Source: Armatimonadota bacterium
GTDB taxonomy: Bacteria; Sysuimicrobiota; Sysuimicrobiia; Sysuimicrobiales; Humicultoraceae
NCBI GenBank assembly: GCA_037443365.1
Contig: JBBIOM010000051.1
Coordinates: forward strand, 1 to 10,397
Reading direction: 5' to 3'
Length of the DNA: 10,397 bases
In this document: positions 1 to 8,239 of the stretch, piece by piece
How positions within the stretch are numbered: position 1 is the stretch's first letter
How the letters are laid out: every line of letters begins with the position of its first letter
The notes under the pieces: model-generated
What the model was told of the DNA's origin: nothing
Seen by the model: the letters and a program-made list of their open reading frames with translations, nothing else
The model's database searches: none
Position numbers and translations under genes: made by a program

Positions 1-20
1 GGTCCTCTATGCGATTCGCG

Positions 21-50
21 ATTCTAGCATGGGCGCCCCGGCATCGTCAA
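21..50 (-). promoter_or_regulatory. Putative sigma70-type promoter downstream of rplA, probably driving the next gene (usually rplJ, outside the window)
   Basis: Minus strand reads TTGACG (50-45), an 18-nt spacer, then TAGAAT (26-21) with an extended -10 TGn. Confidence 0.6.
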
Positions 51-85
51 ACGCCCCGGCTCCGTAGGAGCGCGTCCGCGGATGG

Positions 86-796
86 CTACTGCGCCCGGGC
101 GCCGGTTGAGGCCTTGGCGGGATCGATGCGGATCCCGGGCCCCATCGTGGCCGCGATCACGAGCGACCGCAGATACTGTCCCTTGGCCGCAGCCGGCCGG
201 GCTCGCGATACCGCGTCCATCAGGGCTGTCAGGTTCGCAAGCAGGTGCTCCTCGGAGAACCTCGACTTCCCGAGCGGCACGTGGATGATCCCGGCCTTGT
301 CGAGCCGGAACTCGATCTTGCCGGCCTTGATCTCCCGCACGGCGCGCGCCAGGTCCATGGTCACGGTTCCCGCCTTGGGATTGGGCATCAGCCCGCGCGG
401 GCCCAACAGGCGACCCAACCTGCTCACCAGGCTCATGACGTCCGGCGTGGCCACCGCGACATCGAACTCCAACCACCCGCCCTGGATCCGCTCGACCAGG
501 TCCTCGGCACCGACGAAGTCAGCGCCCGCGGCCTCGGCCTCCCGGGTCTTCTCTCCCTTGGCAAAGACCAGAACCCGCACCGACTTGCCCGTGCCGTGGG
601 GCAGCACCACCGTGCCGCGCACCTGCTGGTCGGCCTGCTTGGGGTCGACACCCAGGCGGATGTGGGCCTCGATCGTCTCCTCGAACTTCGCCGTGGAGGT
701 CTCCCGCACCAGGCGGACGGCCTCCTCGGGCGTGTGCAGCCGCCGTGATTCCACCTGCTTGGCGGCCGTGATGTATCGCTTGCCGTGACGTCCCAT
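86..796 (-). CDS. rplA: 50S ribosomal protein L1 (236 aa)
   Basis: MGRHGKRY...[35 protein letters not shown]...[16 protein letters not shown]...[12 protein letters not shown] at 796 is preceded by SD AGGGAGG (810-804). The gene follows rplK. Confidence 0.98.
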   Translation of the reverse strand: MGRHGKRYITAAKQVESRRLHTPEEAVRLVRETSTAKFEETIEAHIRLGVDPKQADQQVRGTVVLPHGTGKSVRVLVFAKGEKTREAEAAGADFVGAEDLVERIQGGWLEFDVAVATPDVMSLVSRLGRLLGPRGLMPNPKAGTVTMDLARAVREIKAGKIEFRLDKAGIIHVPLGKSRFSEEHLLANLTALMDAVSRARPAAAKGQYLRSLVIAATMGPGIRIDPAKASTGARAQ

Positions 797-810
797 ATCG
801 AAACCTCCCT

Positions 811-840
811 GCGGTGCAAACGGGGCGATGCCCCTCCCGC
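811..840 (-). promoter_or_regulatory. Ribosomal protein L1 autoregulatory mRNA binding site in the rplK-rplA intergenic region
   Basis: Minus strand GCGG-GAG-GGGC-ATC-GCCC-CGTTTGCA-CCGC forms two helices around an asymmetric loop containing GGGAG, directly 5' of the rplA SD. This matches the known L1-binding rRNA mimic. Confidence 0.8.
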
Positions 841-855
841 GCGCGGTGCGTGCTC

Positions 856-1281
856 CTACTCGACGATCTCGATGCCCATGCTCCGGGCGGTGCCCCTGAT
901 CATCTGCATCGCCGCCTCCACGGTGGAGGCGTTCAGATCCGGCATCTTGCGCTCCGCTATCTCCCGTACCTGCTCTAGCGTCACCGAGCCCACCTTGGTC
1001 TTGTTGGGTTGCCCAGAGCCCTTCTCCAGTCCCGCGGCCTGCCGCAGCAGCACCGAGGCCGGCGGGGTCTTGGTGACGAAGCTGAACGTGCGATCCGCGT
1101 AGACGGTGATCTCCACCGGCACGATCGTCCCTACTAGCTTGGCGGTGCGGTCGTTGTAGGCCTTGCAGAACTCCATGATGTTCACGCCGTGCTGGCCCAG
1201 TGCCGGGCCCACCGGCGGCGCCGGGGTGGCCTTCCCGGCCTGGATCTGAAGCTTGACCATCGCCACGATTCTCTTGGCCAT
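856..1281 (-). CDS. rplK: 50S ribosomal protein L11
   Basis: [43 protein letters not shown]...[12 protein letters not shown], with SD GGAGG directly after the nusG stop. Confidence 0.99.
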   Translation of the reverse strand: MAKRIVAMVKLQIQAGKATPAPPVGPALGQHGVNIMEFCKAYNDRTAKLVGTIVPVEITVYADRTFSFVTKTPPASVLLRQAAGLEKGSGQPNKTKVGSVTLEQVREIAERKMPDLNASTVEAAMQMIRGTARSMGIEIVE

Positions 1282-1290
1282 ATCCGCCTC

Positions 1291-1932
1291 CTACAGCTTC
1301 TCCACCTGGCCGAAGTCCAGCTCGACGGGGGTCTCCCGGCCAAAGATCGAAACGAGGACCCGGACCTTCTCCTTTTCCGGCATCAGCTCGTCCACCAGGC
1401 CCGTGAAGTCCATGAACGGCCCTGAGGTGATCCTCACCGGTGACCCCTTCTGGTACGTGATGCGATACTTCGGGGTCTCGTCCTTCAGCTGCCGCAGCAG
1501 GGTCCGGACCTCGCGCTCGTCGAGCGGGATCGGACGGTTGCCCGATCCGACGAACCCGGTCACGCCGGGCGTGTTGCGAATCACGTACCAGGTGTCGTTC
1601 TCCAGCTCGCCCCGGTCGTCCACCCGCACCTCGACCAGCACATATCCTGGAAAGATCTTGCGATCCACCTCCCGGCGCTTTCCCCCCCGGATTTCCTTCT
1701 CCTTCTCGGTCGGGATCAGCACCTGGAAGATCTTGTCCTTCATGTTCATCGAGGCGATGCGGCGCTCCAGGTTGGACTTCACCTTCGCCTCGTATCCCGA
1801 GTACGTGTGAACGACGTACCACTTCAGGCGGGGATCCCGCGCGGCAACCTCTTCCGGCTCGACGGCCTCCACAGCCGGCTCGACCGGCTCGTCGGCAAAC
1901 AGGCCCTTGAGGGGATCGTTGGTCTTCGACAT
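1291..1932 (-). CDS. nusG: Transcription termination/antitermination factor NusG (213 aa, acidic N-terminal extension)
   Basis: NGN domain ([16 protein letters not shown]...FPGYVLV...[11 protein letters not shown]) and KOW domain (VRITSGPF...[18 protein letters not shown]). ATG at 1932 is 5 nt after the secE stop. The ORF-track start at 2103 overlaps secE. Confidence 0.97.
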   Translation of the reverse strand: MSKTNDPLKGLFADEPVEPAVEAVEPEEVAARDPRLKWYVVHTYSGYEAKVKSNLERRIASMNMKDKIFQVLIPTEKEKEIRGGKRREVDRKIFPGYVLVEVRVDDRGELENDTWYVIRNTPGVTGFVGSGNRPIPLDEREVRTLLRQLKDETPKYRITYQKGSPVRITSGPFMDFTGLVDELMPEKEKVRVLVSIFGRETPVELDFGQVEKL

Positions 1933-1937
1933 CAGGG

Positions 1938-2222
1938 CTACGGCGGCGTGGAGGGGAGCAGCACGCGCTTGACCAGGACCGTGTAAATGTAGTCGAAGAT
2001 GCCCAGGTATATGGACATGACCACGAGCACCACCACGACCACGACGGTCATGCTGACGAGTTCCCGGCGGGACGGCCAGTCCACGCGGTTGAGCTCCACC
2101 CACACTTCCCTAAGGTACGCGCCGATGCGCCCGATGAAGGCCGGAGCGCGCCGTGGCGCCGCGGCGCGAACCTGCCGCTGTGCCGGACGTGATGCCAGCT
2201 TGGCGTCTGTCGTGCGGGCCAT
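1938..2222 (-). CDS. secE: Preprotein translocase subunit SecE (94 aa, single TM)
   Basis: [42 protein letters not shown] motif, SD AGGGGAG before ATG 2222, and position upstream of nusG. Confidence 0.95.
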   Translation of the reverse strand: MARTTDAKLASRPAQRQVRAAAPRRAPAFIGRIGAYLREVWVELNRVDWPSRRELVSMTVVVVVVLVVMSIYLGIFDYIYTVLVKRVLLPSTPP

Positions 2223-2288
2223 TGCTGCTCTCCCCTGCGCTCTCCGGCGCAAAAAAAAAGAACCTTCGGCCGGGCCGGTGCGTATGTC

Positions 2289-2316
2289 AGTATACCACTC
2301 CGGCACTGCTTGTCAA
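2289..2316 (-). promoter_or_regulatory. Near-consensus sigma70 promoter for secE-nusG-rplK-rplA
   Basis: TTGACA (2316-2311), 16-nt spacer, TATACT (2294-2289) with an extended TGn. Confidence 0.8.
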
Positions 2317-2350
2317 ACAAGGGGCGCCCCCCGGGCCACTGATCGAACAC

Positions 2351-2382
2351 GCAGAAGGGAGCGGCGCGCCGCTCCCTTCTGC
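2351..2382. terminator. Perfect 32-bp palindrome, probable terminator/insulator after the DUF378 gene
   Basis: GCAGAAGGGAGCGGCG|CGCCGCTCCCTTCTGC lies 24 nt downstream of the DUF378 stop. The U-tract is weak (GTGTT on the minus strand). Confidence 0.6.
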
Positions 2383-2406
2383 CAGGCGTTGCCAGCCGCG
2401 GCGGTT

Positions 2407-2601
2407 CTATCCCTTGAATGCCGCGCCGTTGGTGAAGATCTGGTAGAGCGCAGACAGCCCAACCAGAATGTAGATGATCCGGGAGATGATCGCCGCCTGA
2501 CCGCCGAAGAGCAGGCCGACGTCCCACTTGAACAACCCGACGAGTAGCCAGTTCAACCCGCCGATGACGATAAGGAGAAAGGTCAATCCTTTCAGACTCA
2601 C
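2407..2601 (-). CDS. DUF378 (YuzA-like) small two-TM membrane protein (64 aa)
   Basis: LLIVIGGLNWLLVGLFKWDVGLLFGG...SRIIYILVGLSALY is the typical DUF378 signature. GTG at 2601 lies 7 nt after GGAGG (2613-2609). Confidence 0.88.
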   Translation of the reverse strand: MSLKGLTFLLIVIGGLNWLLVGLFKWDVGLLFGGQAAIISRIIYILVGLSALYQIFTNGAAFKG

Positions 2602-2645
2602 CTCCACACCTCCGTCTGCTGATATGAGCGCGATCCTACTTCTAA

Positions 2646-2656
2646 AGCATACCACA
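2646..2656 (-). promoter_or_regulatory. Putative extended -10 promoter for the DUF378 gene
   Basis: Minus strand TGTG-G-TATGCT in an AT-richer intergenic gap. No recognisable -35. Confidence 0.5.
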
Positions 2657-2676
2657 AAACGGGTCCGGCGCGCGGT

Positions 2677-4632
2677 TCAGCGTAGCGTTCTTGTCGGCCT
2701 GCTGCGGTAGGTGAGCAACCTCGCGGAGTTCGCGACCACGAGGACCGACGCCAGGTTGTGCACCACCGCGGCGCCAATCGGCGACAGGAAGCCCCCGCCA
2801 GCCAGCGCGATCCCGACGACGTTCGCGGCCACCGCGAAGCCCCAGATGTTCTGGCGGATGACGGCGAGCGCCCGCCGGGAGAGCGCCAGGGCCTCGGGCA
2901 GGAGCGTCAGGTCGTCGCCCATCAGGGCGATGTCGGCCGACTCCAGGGCCACGTCGGTCCCGGCGGCCGCCATGGCTACGCCGACGTCGGCCAGCACGAG
3001 CGCCGGCGCGTCGTTCACCCCGTCGCCGGCCATGGCCACGACGCTGCCTTCTGCCTGCAGGTCCCGGATGACGGCCAGTTTCTGCTGCGGGAGCAGTCCG
3101 GCACGTACCTCGCCGATGCCGGCCTGGCGCGCGATGGCTTGCGCGGTCACCTCGTGATCGCCGGTGAGCATGACCACTCGCCGAATGCCCATCTCCCGAA
3201 GGAGGTCTATCGCCTGGCGCGCGCGCGGCCGCAGCACGTCCGCAAGGGAGACCACGCCCCACGCGACCCCGTCCACGCGCACGACCAGCGCGGTGCGTCC
3301 CTGCCGTTCCTGCTCCGCCAGGATCCGGGACGCGGGATCGTCCTCGCCCAGGATCCGGTGGTTGCCCACTTCGATGCGCGAGCCGGCCCAGAACGCCTCC
3401 ACGCCCTGTCCAAAGGTCATCGTGAACCGCTCGGGATCGGCCAGCGTGATCCCGGACGCCTGCGCGGCGGCGACTATCGCCCTTCCCAGGGGGTGCTCGG
3501 AGCGCAGTTCCGCCACCCCGGCCATGCGCAGCACCTGATCGGGCGTCTTGCCCGCGAGAGGCAGGACGGCGACGACGACCGGATTCCCCGTCGTCAGCGT
3601 CCCGGTCTTGTCAAACGCCACTGTCGCGACACGGCCCGCGGCCTCCAGGGCCACCCCGCCCTTGATCAGCACGCCGCGGCGGGCCGCGTTGCCGACGCTG
3701 GCCACCACGGCCGTGGGCGTGGCAAGAACCAGCGCACAGGGACACGCGATGAGCAGCACGGCCATCACGCGCAGGAGATCATGTGAGAACACCCATACGA
3801 GGGCGCCGATGCCCAGGATCGCGGGTGTGAAGTAGGCAGCGAATCGGTCGGCGGTCCTTGCCGCGGCGCCCTTCTGCTCCTGCGCGGCGCGCACCACCTC
3901 GACGATCCGGCCCAGCGTCGTCTCGTGGCCCACGCGATCGGCCCGCACCACCACCGCGCCGCTTCGGCTCGTGGTGCCGGCGAAGACCCGGGCGCCCGCG
4001 GACTTGTCAACCGGCATGGCCTCGCCTGTGATGGTGGCTTCCGAGAGCGACGCCTCGCCCGAGACTACCGTGCCGTCGACGGGCACCCTGTCGCCCGGCC
4101 GCACGAGGACGTGATCCCCGGGTGCCACCTCCTCCAGCGATACCAGCACCCAGGCGCCCCCGCGCTCGAGCCACGCCACGTCCGGGGCCAGTTGCGCGAG
4201 TGCGCGCACCGCGTCGCGCGTGCGCTGCAGCGTCAGCTCCTCGAGGAACTCGCCGGCAAGCATCATGAACGAGATCACGGCGGCGGCCATGTACTCGCCC
4301 ACGTACGCCGAGCCGACGACGGCAATGACCACGAGCGTACCCGCGGTCAGGCGGCGGCGCTCGATCATCGTGACAAGCGTGGGATACGCGATGGCCGCCC
4401 CGCCCAGCAGCACGGGAAGGACGGCGAAGTCGAACCCAATCGCCGCGTCCAGGCCCGGGATGAGCGCGAGCAGGATCAGCGCCAGCAGCCCGGCTGGCAG
4501 CATGCCCCTGCGCCACAGCGGGCCGCCCGAGGGCCGTACGGGCGGTGCGGCACCGGCGCGCCGGACCGCCGGCAAGGGACCGGCCTCGTGCGCGCGATCG
4601 CAATCGAGAATAGCGTGATCGCCCTCGTGCAC
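2677..4632 (-). CDS. P1B-type heavy-metal-translocating P-type ATPase, non-Cu-type signature, no CxxC HMA domain
   Basis: TGEA actuator, IACPCALVLATP, FDKTGTLT phosphorylation site, SEHPLG, MLTGD, GDGVNDAPAL, and C-terminal VHNLASVLVVANS. GTG at 4632 has GGAGG 7 nt upstream. Confidence 0.95.
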   Translation of the reverse strand: MHEGDHAILDCDRAHEAGPLPAVRRAGAAPPVRPSGGPLWRRGMLPAGLLALILLALIPGLDAAIGFDFAVLPVLLGGAAIAYPTLVTMIERRRLTAGTLVVIAVVGSAYVGEYMAAAVISFMMLAGEFLEELTLQRTRDAVRALAQLAPDVAWLERGGAWVLVSLEEVAPGDHVLVRPGDRVPVDGTVVSGEASLSEATITGEAMPVDKSAGARVFAGTTSRSGAVVVRADRVGHETTLGRIVEVVRAAQEQKGAAARTADRFAAYFTPAILGIGALVWVFSHDLLRVMAVLLIACPCALVLATPTAVVASVGNAARRGVLIKGGVALEAAGRVATVAFDKTGTLTTGNPVVVAVLPLAGKTPDQVLRMAGVAELRSEHPLGRAIVAAAQASGITLADPERFTMTFGQGVEAFWAGSRIEVGNHRILGEDDPASRILAEQERQGRTALVVRVDGVAWGVVSLADVLRPRARQAIDLLREMGIRRVVMLTGDHEVTAQAIARQAGIGEVRAGLLPQQKLAVIRDLQAEGSVVAMAGDGVNDAPALVLADVGVAMAAAGTDVALESADIALMGDDLTLLPEALALSRRALAVIRQNIWGFAVAANVVGIALAGGGFLSPIGAAVVHNLASVLVVANSARLLTYRSRPTRTLR

Positions 4633-4672
4633 CGCCGCGCCTCCGGGCCCGCGTGCCCGCGCAACGCTTGCA

Positions 4673-4699
4673 GCCGTATCCCCCCAGGGGGGATACGGC
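4673..4699. promoter_or_regulatory. CsoR/RcnR-family operator overlapping the predicted ATPase transcription start
   Basis: Perfect inverted repeat GCCGTATCCCCCC-A-GGGGGGATACGGC (13-bp arms). C/G tracts flanked by AT-containing arms are typical of this family, and a CsoR-family gene is present in the same block. Confidence 0.85.
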
Positions 4700-4702
4700 G
4701 TT

Positions 4703-4732
4703 ATTGTAGTCAGAGAGGGCAGGGTGTGTCAA
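4703..4732 (-). promoter_or_regulatory. sigma70 promoter of the P1B ATPase
   Basis: TTGACA (4732-4727), 18-nt spacer, TACAAT (4708-4703). The start site would fall near 4696, inside the operator. Confidence 0.8.
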
Positions 4733-4762
4733 ACCCCCTCGTCTTCTCTGTTCGGGGACGGG

Positions 4763-5584
4763 TCAGGAGGCGCGCGCGCGGCGCACGCGCGGGTTGAGCC
4801 GCTCCTCGAGCGAGAGGCCCGTCAGGGCGAACCCCAGCGTGGCAGCGGTTATCAGCAGCCCGGGCGGCAGCACCCACCACACCCAGGCCCCGCTCAGGAA
4901 CGCGTTGCGAACCTGCGCGTAGTAGAGCACCGTTCCCCAGCTCTTGGCAGTGGGATCCCCCAGGCCGAGGAACGCGAGCGAGGCTTCGATCAAGATCGCG
5001 TTGCTGGCGGCCACGATGAACTGGGCCATCGCAAGCGGCAGGACCGCGGGCAGCACGTGCCGCGCCATCACGCGCACAGGACGGGCTCCCATCGCGCGCG
5101 CCGCCTCAACGTAGTCGAGGGATCTCACCTGGAGCACCTGCGAGCGGGTCACGCGCGCCGGGCGGGCCCAGGCAAGCACCCCTATCACGATGATGATGTT
5201 CCAGTAGCTTGGGCCCAGGTAGGCTGCCAGGAGAATCACAAGCGGCAGGAAGGGGATCACGAGCACGAGATCCACGATCCGCATCAGCACGACATCCGTC
5301 CAGCCCCCGGAGAAGCCGGCCACGACGCCGACGGTCGTTCCGATCCCCACGGCCAGGGCCGCCGCCAGGGACCCCACGGTCAGCGAGATTCGCGCACCGT
5401 AGATGAGCTCGCTCAGGATGTCCTGGCCCACATCGTTCGTTCCCAGCAGGTGCTCCCGGCTGGGGGGCAGGAACGGGTCGGCCACGGTCTGCTCGGGATC
5501 GTACGGGCTCACAAGCGGGGCCAGCGTCGCGGCCAGGGCGAGCGCGCCCAGCAGGAGCACCCCAACCCAGCCTGTCGCGCTCAA
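4763..5584 (-). CDS. ABC transporter permease, DppC/OppC/NikC type
   Basis: HLLGTNDVGQDILSELIYGARISL, EAA loop DYVEAARAMGA, and EASLAFLGLG...SWG. The TTG start overlaps the upstream TGA stop (TTGA). Confidence 0.93.
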   Translation of the reverse strand: MSATGWVGVLLLGALALAATLAPLVSPYDPEQTVADPFLPPSREHLLGTNDVGQDILSELIYGARISLTVGSLAAALAVGIGTTVGVVAGFSGGWTDVVLMRIVDLVLVIPFLPLVILLAAYLGPSYWNIIIVIGVLAWARPARVTRSQVLQVRSLDYVEAARAMGARPVRVMARHVLPAVLPLAMAQFIVAASNAILIEASLAFLGLGDPTAKSWGTVLYYAQVRNAFLSGAWVWWVLPPGLLITAATLGFALTGLSLEERLNPRVRRARAS

Positions 5585-6567
5585 CGCCGCCGCACCCGCG
5601 GGTCGAGCAGCGGGTAGAGCATGTCGGCTGCGATATTCGCCGCTATCACGCTCACCGTGATGATGAGGAATGTGCCCTGCAGCACCGGGTAGTCGCGGTT
5701 GAGCACGGCCTCGTAGAGAAGGCGGCCTACGCCCGGATAGGAGAAGACCGTCTCCACAACCGTGGCGCCGCTGGCCACGTATCCCAGATTGAGCATGAAG
5801 ACGGTGGCCACGGGCAAGAGGGCGTTGCGGGTGGCATGCCGGCGCAGCACGTCCTGTTCGCGCACTCCCTTTGCCCGGGCCGTGGCTATGTACTGCTCGC
5901 CCAACACCGAGAGCATCGAGTACCGTGTTATCAACAGCGTGCCCGGGACGTTGATCAACGTAAGGGTAGCAAGCGGCAGTGCCAGGTGGCGCGCGCGGTC
6001 AACCAGCAGGGCCCATCCGGCCAGGGCCTGGCCTGCCGTGGCCGCCCCGAATATGGGAAGCCAGCCCAGTCCAGCCCCAAAGACCGCGATCAGGATCATG
6101 CCCAGCCAGAACGGCGGGGCCGACTCGAAGAACACCGCCACCCCAAGCGTGCCCAGGTCGAAGGCCGAGCCGCGACGCCAGGCGGCCAGGGCCCCCAGGG
6201 CTGCGCCGAGTGCCGTGGCGATCACGAGCGAGAGCCCGACCAGCAGCAGGGTCCAGGGAAGGCGCTCGCCGATCATCGCGGCAATGGGGCGGCCGCGCTG
6301 GAACGAGTACCCCAGCTCGCCCCGGGCCAGGTTGGCGACATAGGTGAGGAACTGCCTCCACCGGGGCTGGTCGAGGCCGTGAAGCGCGTAGAGCTGGGCG
6401 CGCTGCTCGGCGTCGAGGAACCCCACGTCCTCGCCGGCAAGGAAGACCAGGGGGCTCCCGGGCATCATGCGCGGCAGGGCGAAGTTGAGCGCCACCGTGA
6501 GCGCCAGCACGAGCAGGTACTGCGCTCCGCGCCCGGCAAAAAAGCGCCAAACGGCGGAGTCCATCAC
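5581..6567 (-). CDS. ABC transporter permease, DppB/OppB/NikB type
   Basis: LPRMMPGSP...GLDQP...GELGYSF, YIATARAKGV...RHATRNALLP, VETVFSYPGVG...RDYPVLQG. Start is GTG 6567 or ATG 6564. Confidence 0.95.
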   Translation of the reverse strand: MMDSAVWRFFAGRGAQYLLVLALTVALNFALPRMMPGSPLVFLAGEDVGFLDAEQRAQLYALHGLDQPRWRQFLTYVANLARGELGYSFQRGRPIAAMIGERLPWTLLLVGLSLVIATALGAALGALAAWRRGSAFDLGTLGVAVFFESAPPFWLGMILIAVFGAGLGWLPIFGAATAGQALAGWALLVDRARHLALPLATLTLINVPGTLLITRYSMLSVLGEQYIATARAKGVREQDVLRRHATRNALLPVATVFMLNLGYVASGATVVETVFSYPGVGRLLYEAVLNRDYPVLQGTFLIITVSVIAANIAADMLYPLLDPRVRRR

Positions 6568-6581
6568 AACCGGCCCGCGCG

Positions 6582-8174
6582 TCAGCGCCGGGGTGGATCC
6601 ACGAACGACAGCTTGTTCACGATACCCTGCCCCTTCTGGTAGACCCAGGCGTCGTGCCGCTCAGGCCGGTAGGCATAGATGCCGTCCTGGTAGAACAGCA
6701 CGTGCACCGGCAGGTCGGCCGCTATCGCCTTTTGCATCTCGTACAGGATCCGCTTCTGCCTGGCGGGCTCGGCGGTCGCGGCCAGTTCATTGCCCAATCT
6801 GTCCACCTCGGAGTTCTTGTATCCGCCGATGTTGATCGTCCCGTACCGGCAGTCCGAGTGGAACAGGTCGCGCAGGTTCGTGGCCCGGTTCATCACCGGC
6901 GCCGACCAACCGAAGACCGCCATGTCGAAGTTGCGCCCCTTGCAGACGTCGAAGTCGGGCCACACCTGCGCGATGATGCTGGCGTCCTCCTGCGCGACGA
7001 CGCGCGCGTCTATCCCAACATCGCGGAGCCACGTGCGTATCAGGTCGGCCCCGCGCACGCGGATGGGGTTACCGGCCAGGGTCAGCAGGTTGAACCGGAG
7101 CGGCCGGCCGTCCGGCGTCTCGCGGATGCCGTCGCGGTCGCGGTCTATGTAGCCGGCCTCGTTCAGGATCTGGACCGCCCGCGACTTGCTCGCCGCAAAG
7201 GCCACGGACGGATTGTAGAACGGCGAGTCGGGGTGGATGTATCCCGGGCTGCCAACCACGCCGTAGCCGAGCAGCAGCAGCCTGACCATCAGGCGGGTGT
7301 TGACGGCGTTGGCGATGGCCTGGCGCAGCCGCACGTCCTTGAGGATGGGGTGCTCCACGTTGAACTGCAGAATAGTGCTGGCGTATCCTGCCCCGCGGAC
7401 GACCTTCAGACCCCCGGCCTTCTCGAACTCCGCGACCAACTCCGGGGAGAGCGCCCTGCTAGTGGTGTCAATCTCGCCCGCCCGAAGCGCGGTGAAGGTG
7501 ACCGTGGCGTCGCGGACGATGGGAAGCGTGATCTCGCGCACCTTCGGCTTCCCGCCGAAGTAGGCATCGTTGGCGACCAGCCGGTAGAACTGCCCGTCCC
7601 GCATCTCGGCGAGACGGTAGGGGCCGCTGCCGGTGGAGTCGTTGAAGCGCCGCGGCTCGGCGACCCCTTCCCAGATGTGCCTCGGCAGGATCGGCAAGTC
7701 GGCAAGCGGCTGCATCAGGAACCCGCCGCTCTGGGCGCTCAGGCGCATGACAAGCGTCGTGGCGCCCGAGGTCTCTATGCTCTCTATCAGCCGCACCTGG
7801 GGGGTCCAGCGCGAGTGCGTGTGGCTCCGCACGTACTCGTACGTGAACTTCACGTCATCCGCCGTAAGGAGGCGTCCATCGTGCCACCTGATGTTGGGGT
7901 GCAGCGCAAGCGTCCAGGTCCTGCCGTCCGGGCTCACCGTGTACCTGCGCACGAGCCAGGGCCGTGGGATGTTGTCCGCGTCGGGCGCAAACAGCGGCTC
8001 GTAGATCAGCGTCATCAGGTTCCAACCGGGATACCCGCTCTGATAGGTGTAGGGGTTCAGGGAGCCCTCGTCCCGCCCGATGGCCATCCGCAGCGAGGCG
8101 GCCTGGCCCGGGGACGGGACAGGGGCGCACAGGACGAGCAGGGCCGAGATCAGTACGAGAACCAGCGCGCGCAC
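6582..8174 (-). CDS. ABC transporter substrate-binding protein, family 5 (peptide/nickel/opine)
   Basis: Signal peptide, IYEPLF, SPDGRTWTLAL...RWHDGRLLTADDVKFT, GSGPYRL, DVRLRQAIANAVN, and a DxDxDG motif (DRDRDG). GGAGG lies 7 nt before GTG 8174. Confidence 0.95.
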   Translation of the reverse strand: MRALVLVLISALLVLCAPVPSPGQAASLRMAIGRDEGSLNPYTYQSGYPGWNLMTLIYEPLFAPDADNIPRPWLVRRYTVSPDGRTWTLALHPNIRWHDGRLLTADDVKFTYEYVRSHTHSRWTPQVRLIESIETSGATTLVMRLSAQSGGFLMQPLADLPILPRHIWEGVAEPRRFNDSTGSGPYRLAEMRDGQFYRLVANDAYFGGKPKVREITLPIVRDATVTFTALRAGEIDTTSRALSPELVAEFEKAGGLKVVRGAGYASTILQFNVEHPILKDVRLRQAIANAVNTRLMVRLLLLGYGVVGSPGYIHPDSPFYNPSVAFAASKSRAVQILNEAGYIDRDRDGIRETPDGRPLRFNLLTLAGNPIRVRGADLIRTWLRDVGIDARVVAQEDASIIAQVWPDFDVCKGRNFDMAVFGWSAPVMNRATNLRDLFHSDCRYGTINIGGYKNSEVDRLGNELAATAEPARQKRILYEMQKAIAADLPVHVLFYQDGIYAYRPERHDAWVYQKGQGIVNKLSFVDPPRR

Positions 8175-8210
8175 GCATGCACCTCCGGCATGTGGCCTTG
8201 GGTTTCCGCC

Positions 8211-8239
8211 AATGTAGCAGGGGGCGAAGAGGGCAACAA
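8211..8239 (-). promoter_or_regulatory. Putative internal promoter for the ABC importer genes
   Basis: Weak -35 TTGTTG (8239-8234), 17-nt spacer, TACATT (8216-8211) with an extended TGn. Confidence 0.5.

Noticed and set aside
59-71. Small hairpin GCTCC-GTA-GGAGC after rplA as a terminator
   Set aside because: A 5-bp stem with no adjacent U-tract is too weak to call.
86-1822. 578-aa ORF suggesting a long N-terminal fusion to L1
   Set aside because: The upstream part is an off-frame overlap of nusG and rplK. The real rplA start is ATG 796, which has an SD and an L1 site.
2320-2348. AGGGGCG...TCGAAC resembling the tRNA-Trp 3' end (possible att repeat)
   Set aside because: Only 6-7 nt patches match, the spacing is wrong and no integrase is present. 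This is compatible with chance.
7125-7150. DxDxDG calcium-binding-like motif in the substrate-binding protein
   Set aside because: This motif is common in family-5 binding proteins and is not distinctive.
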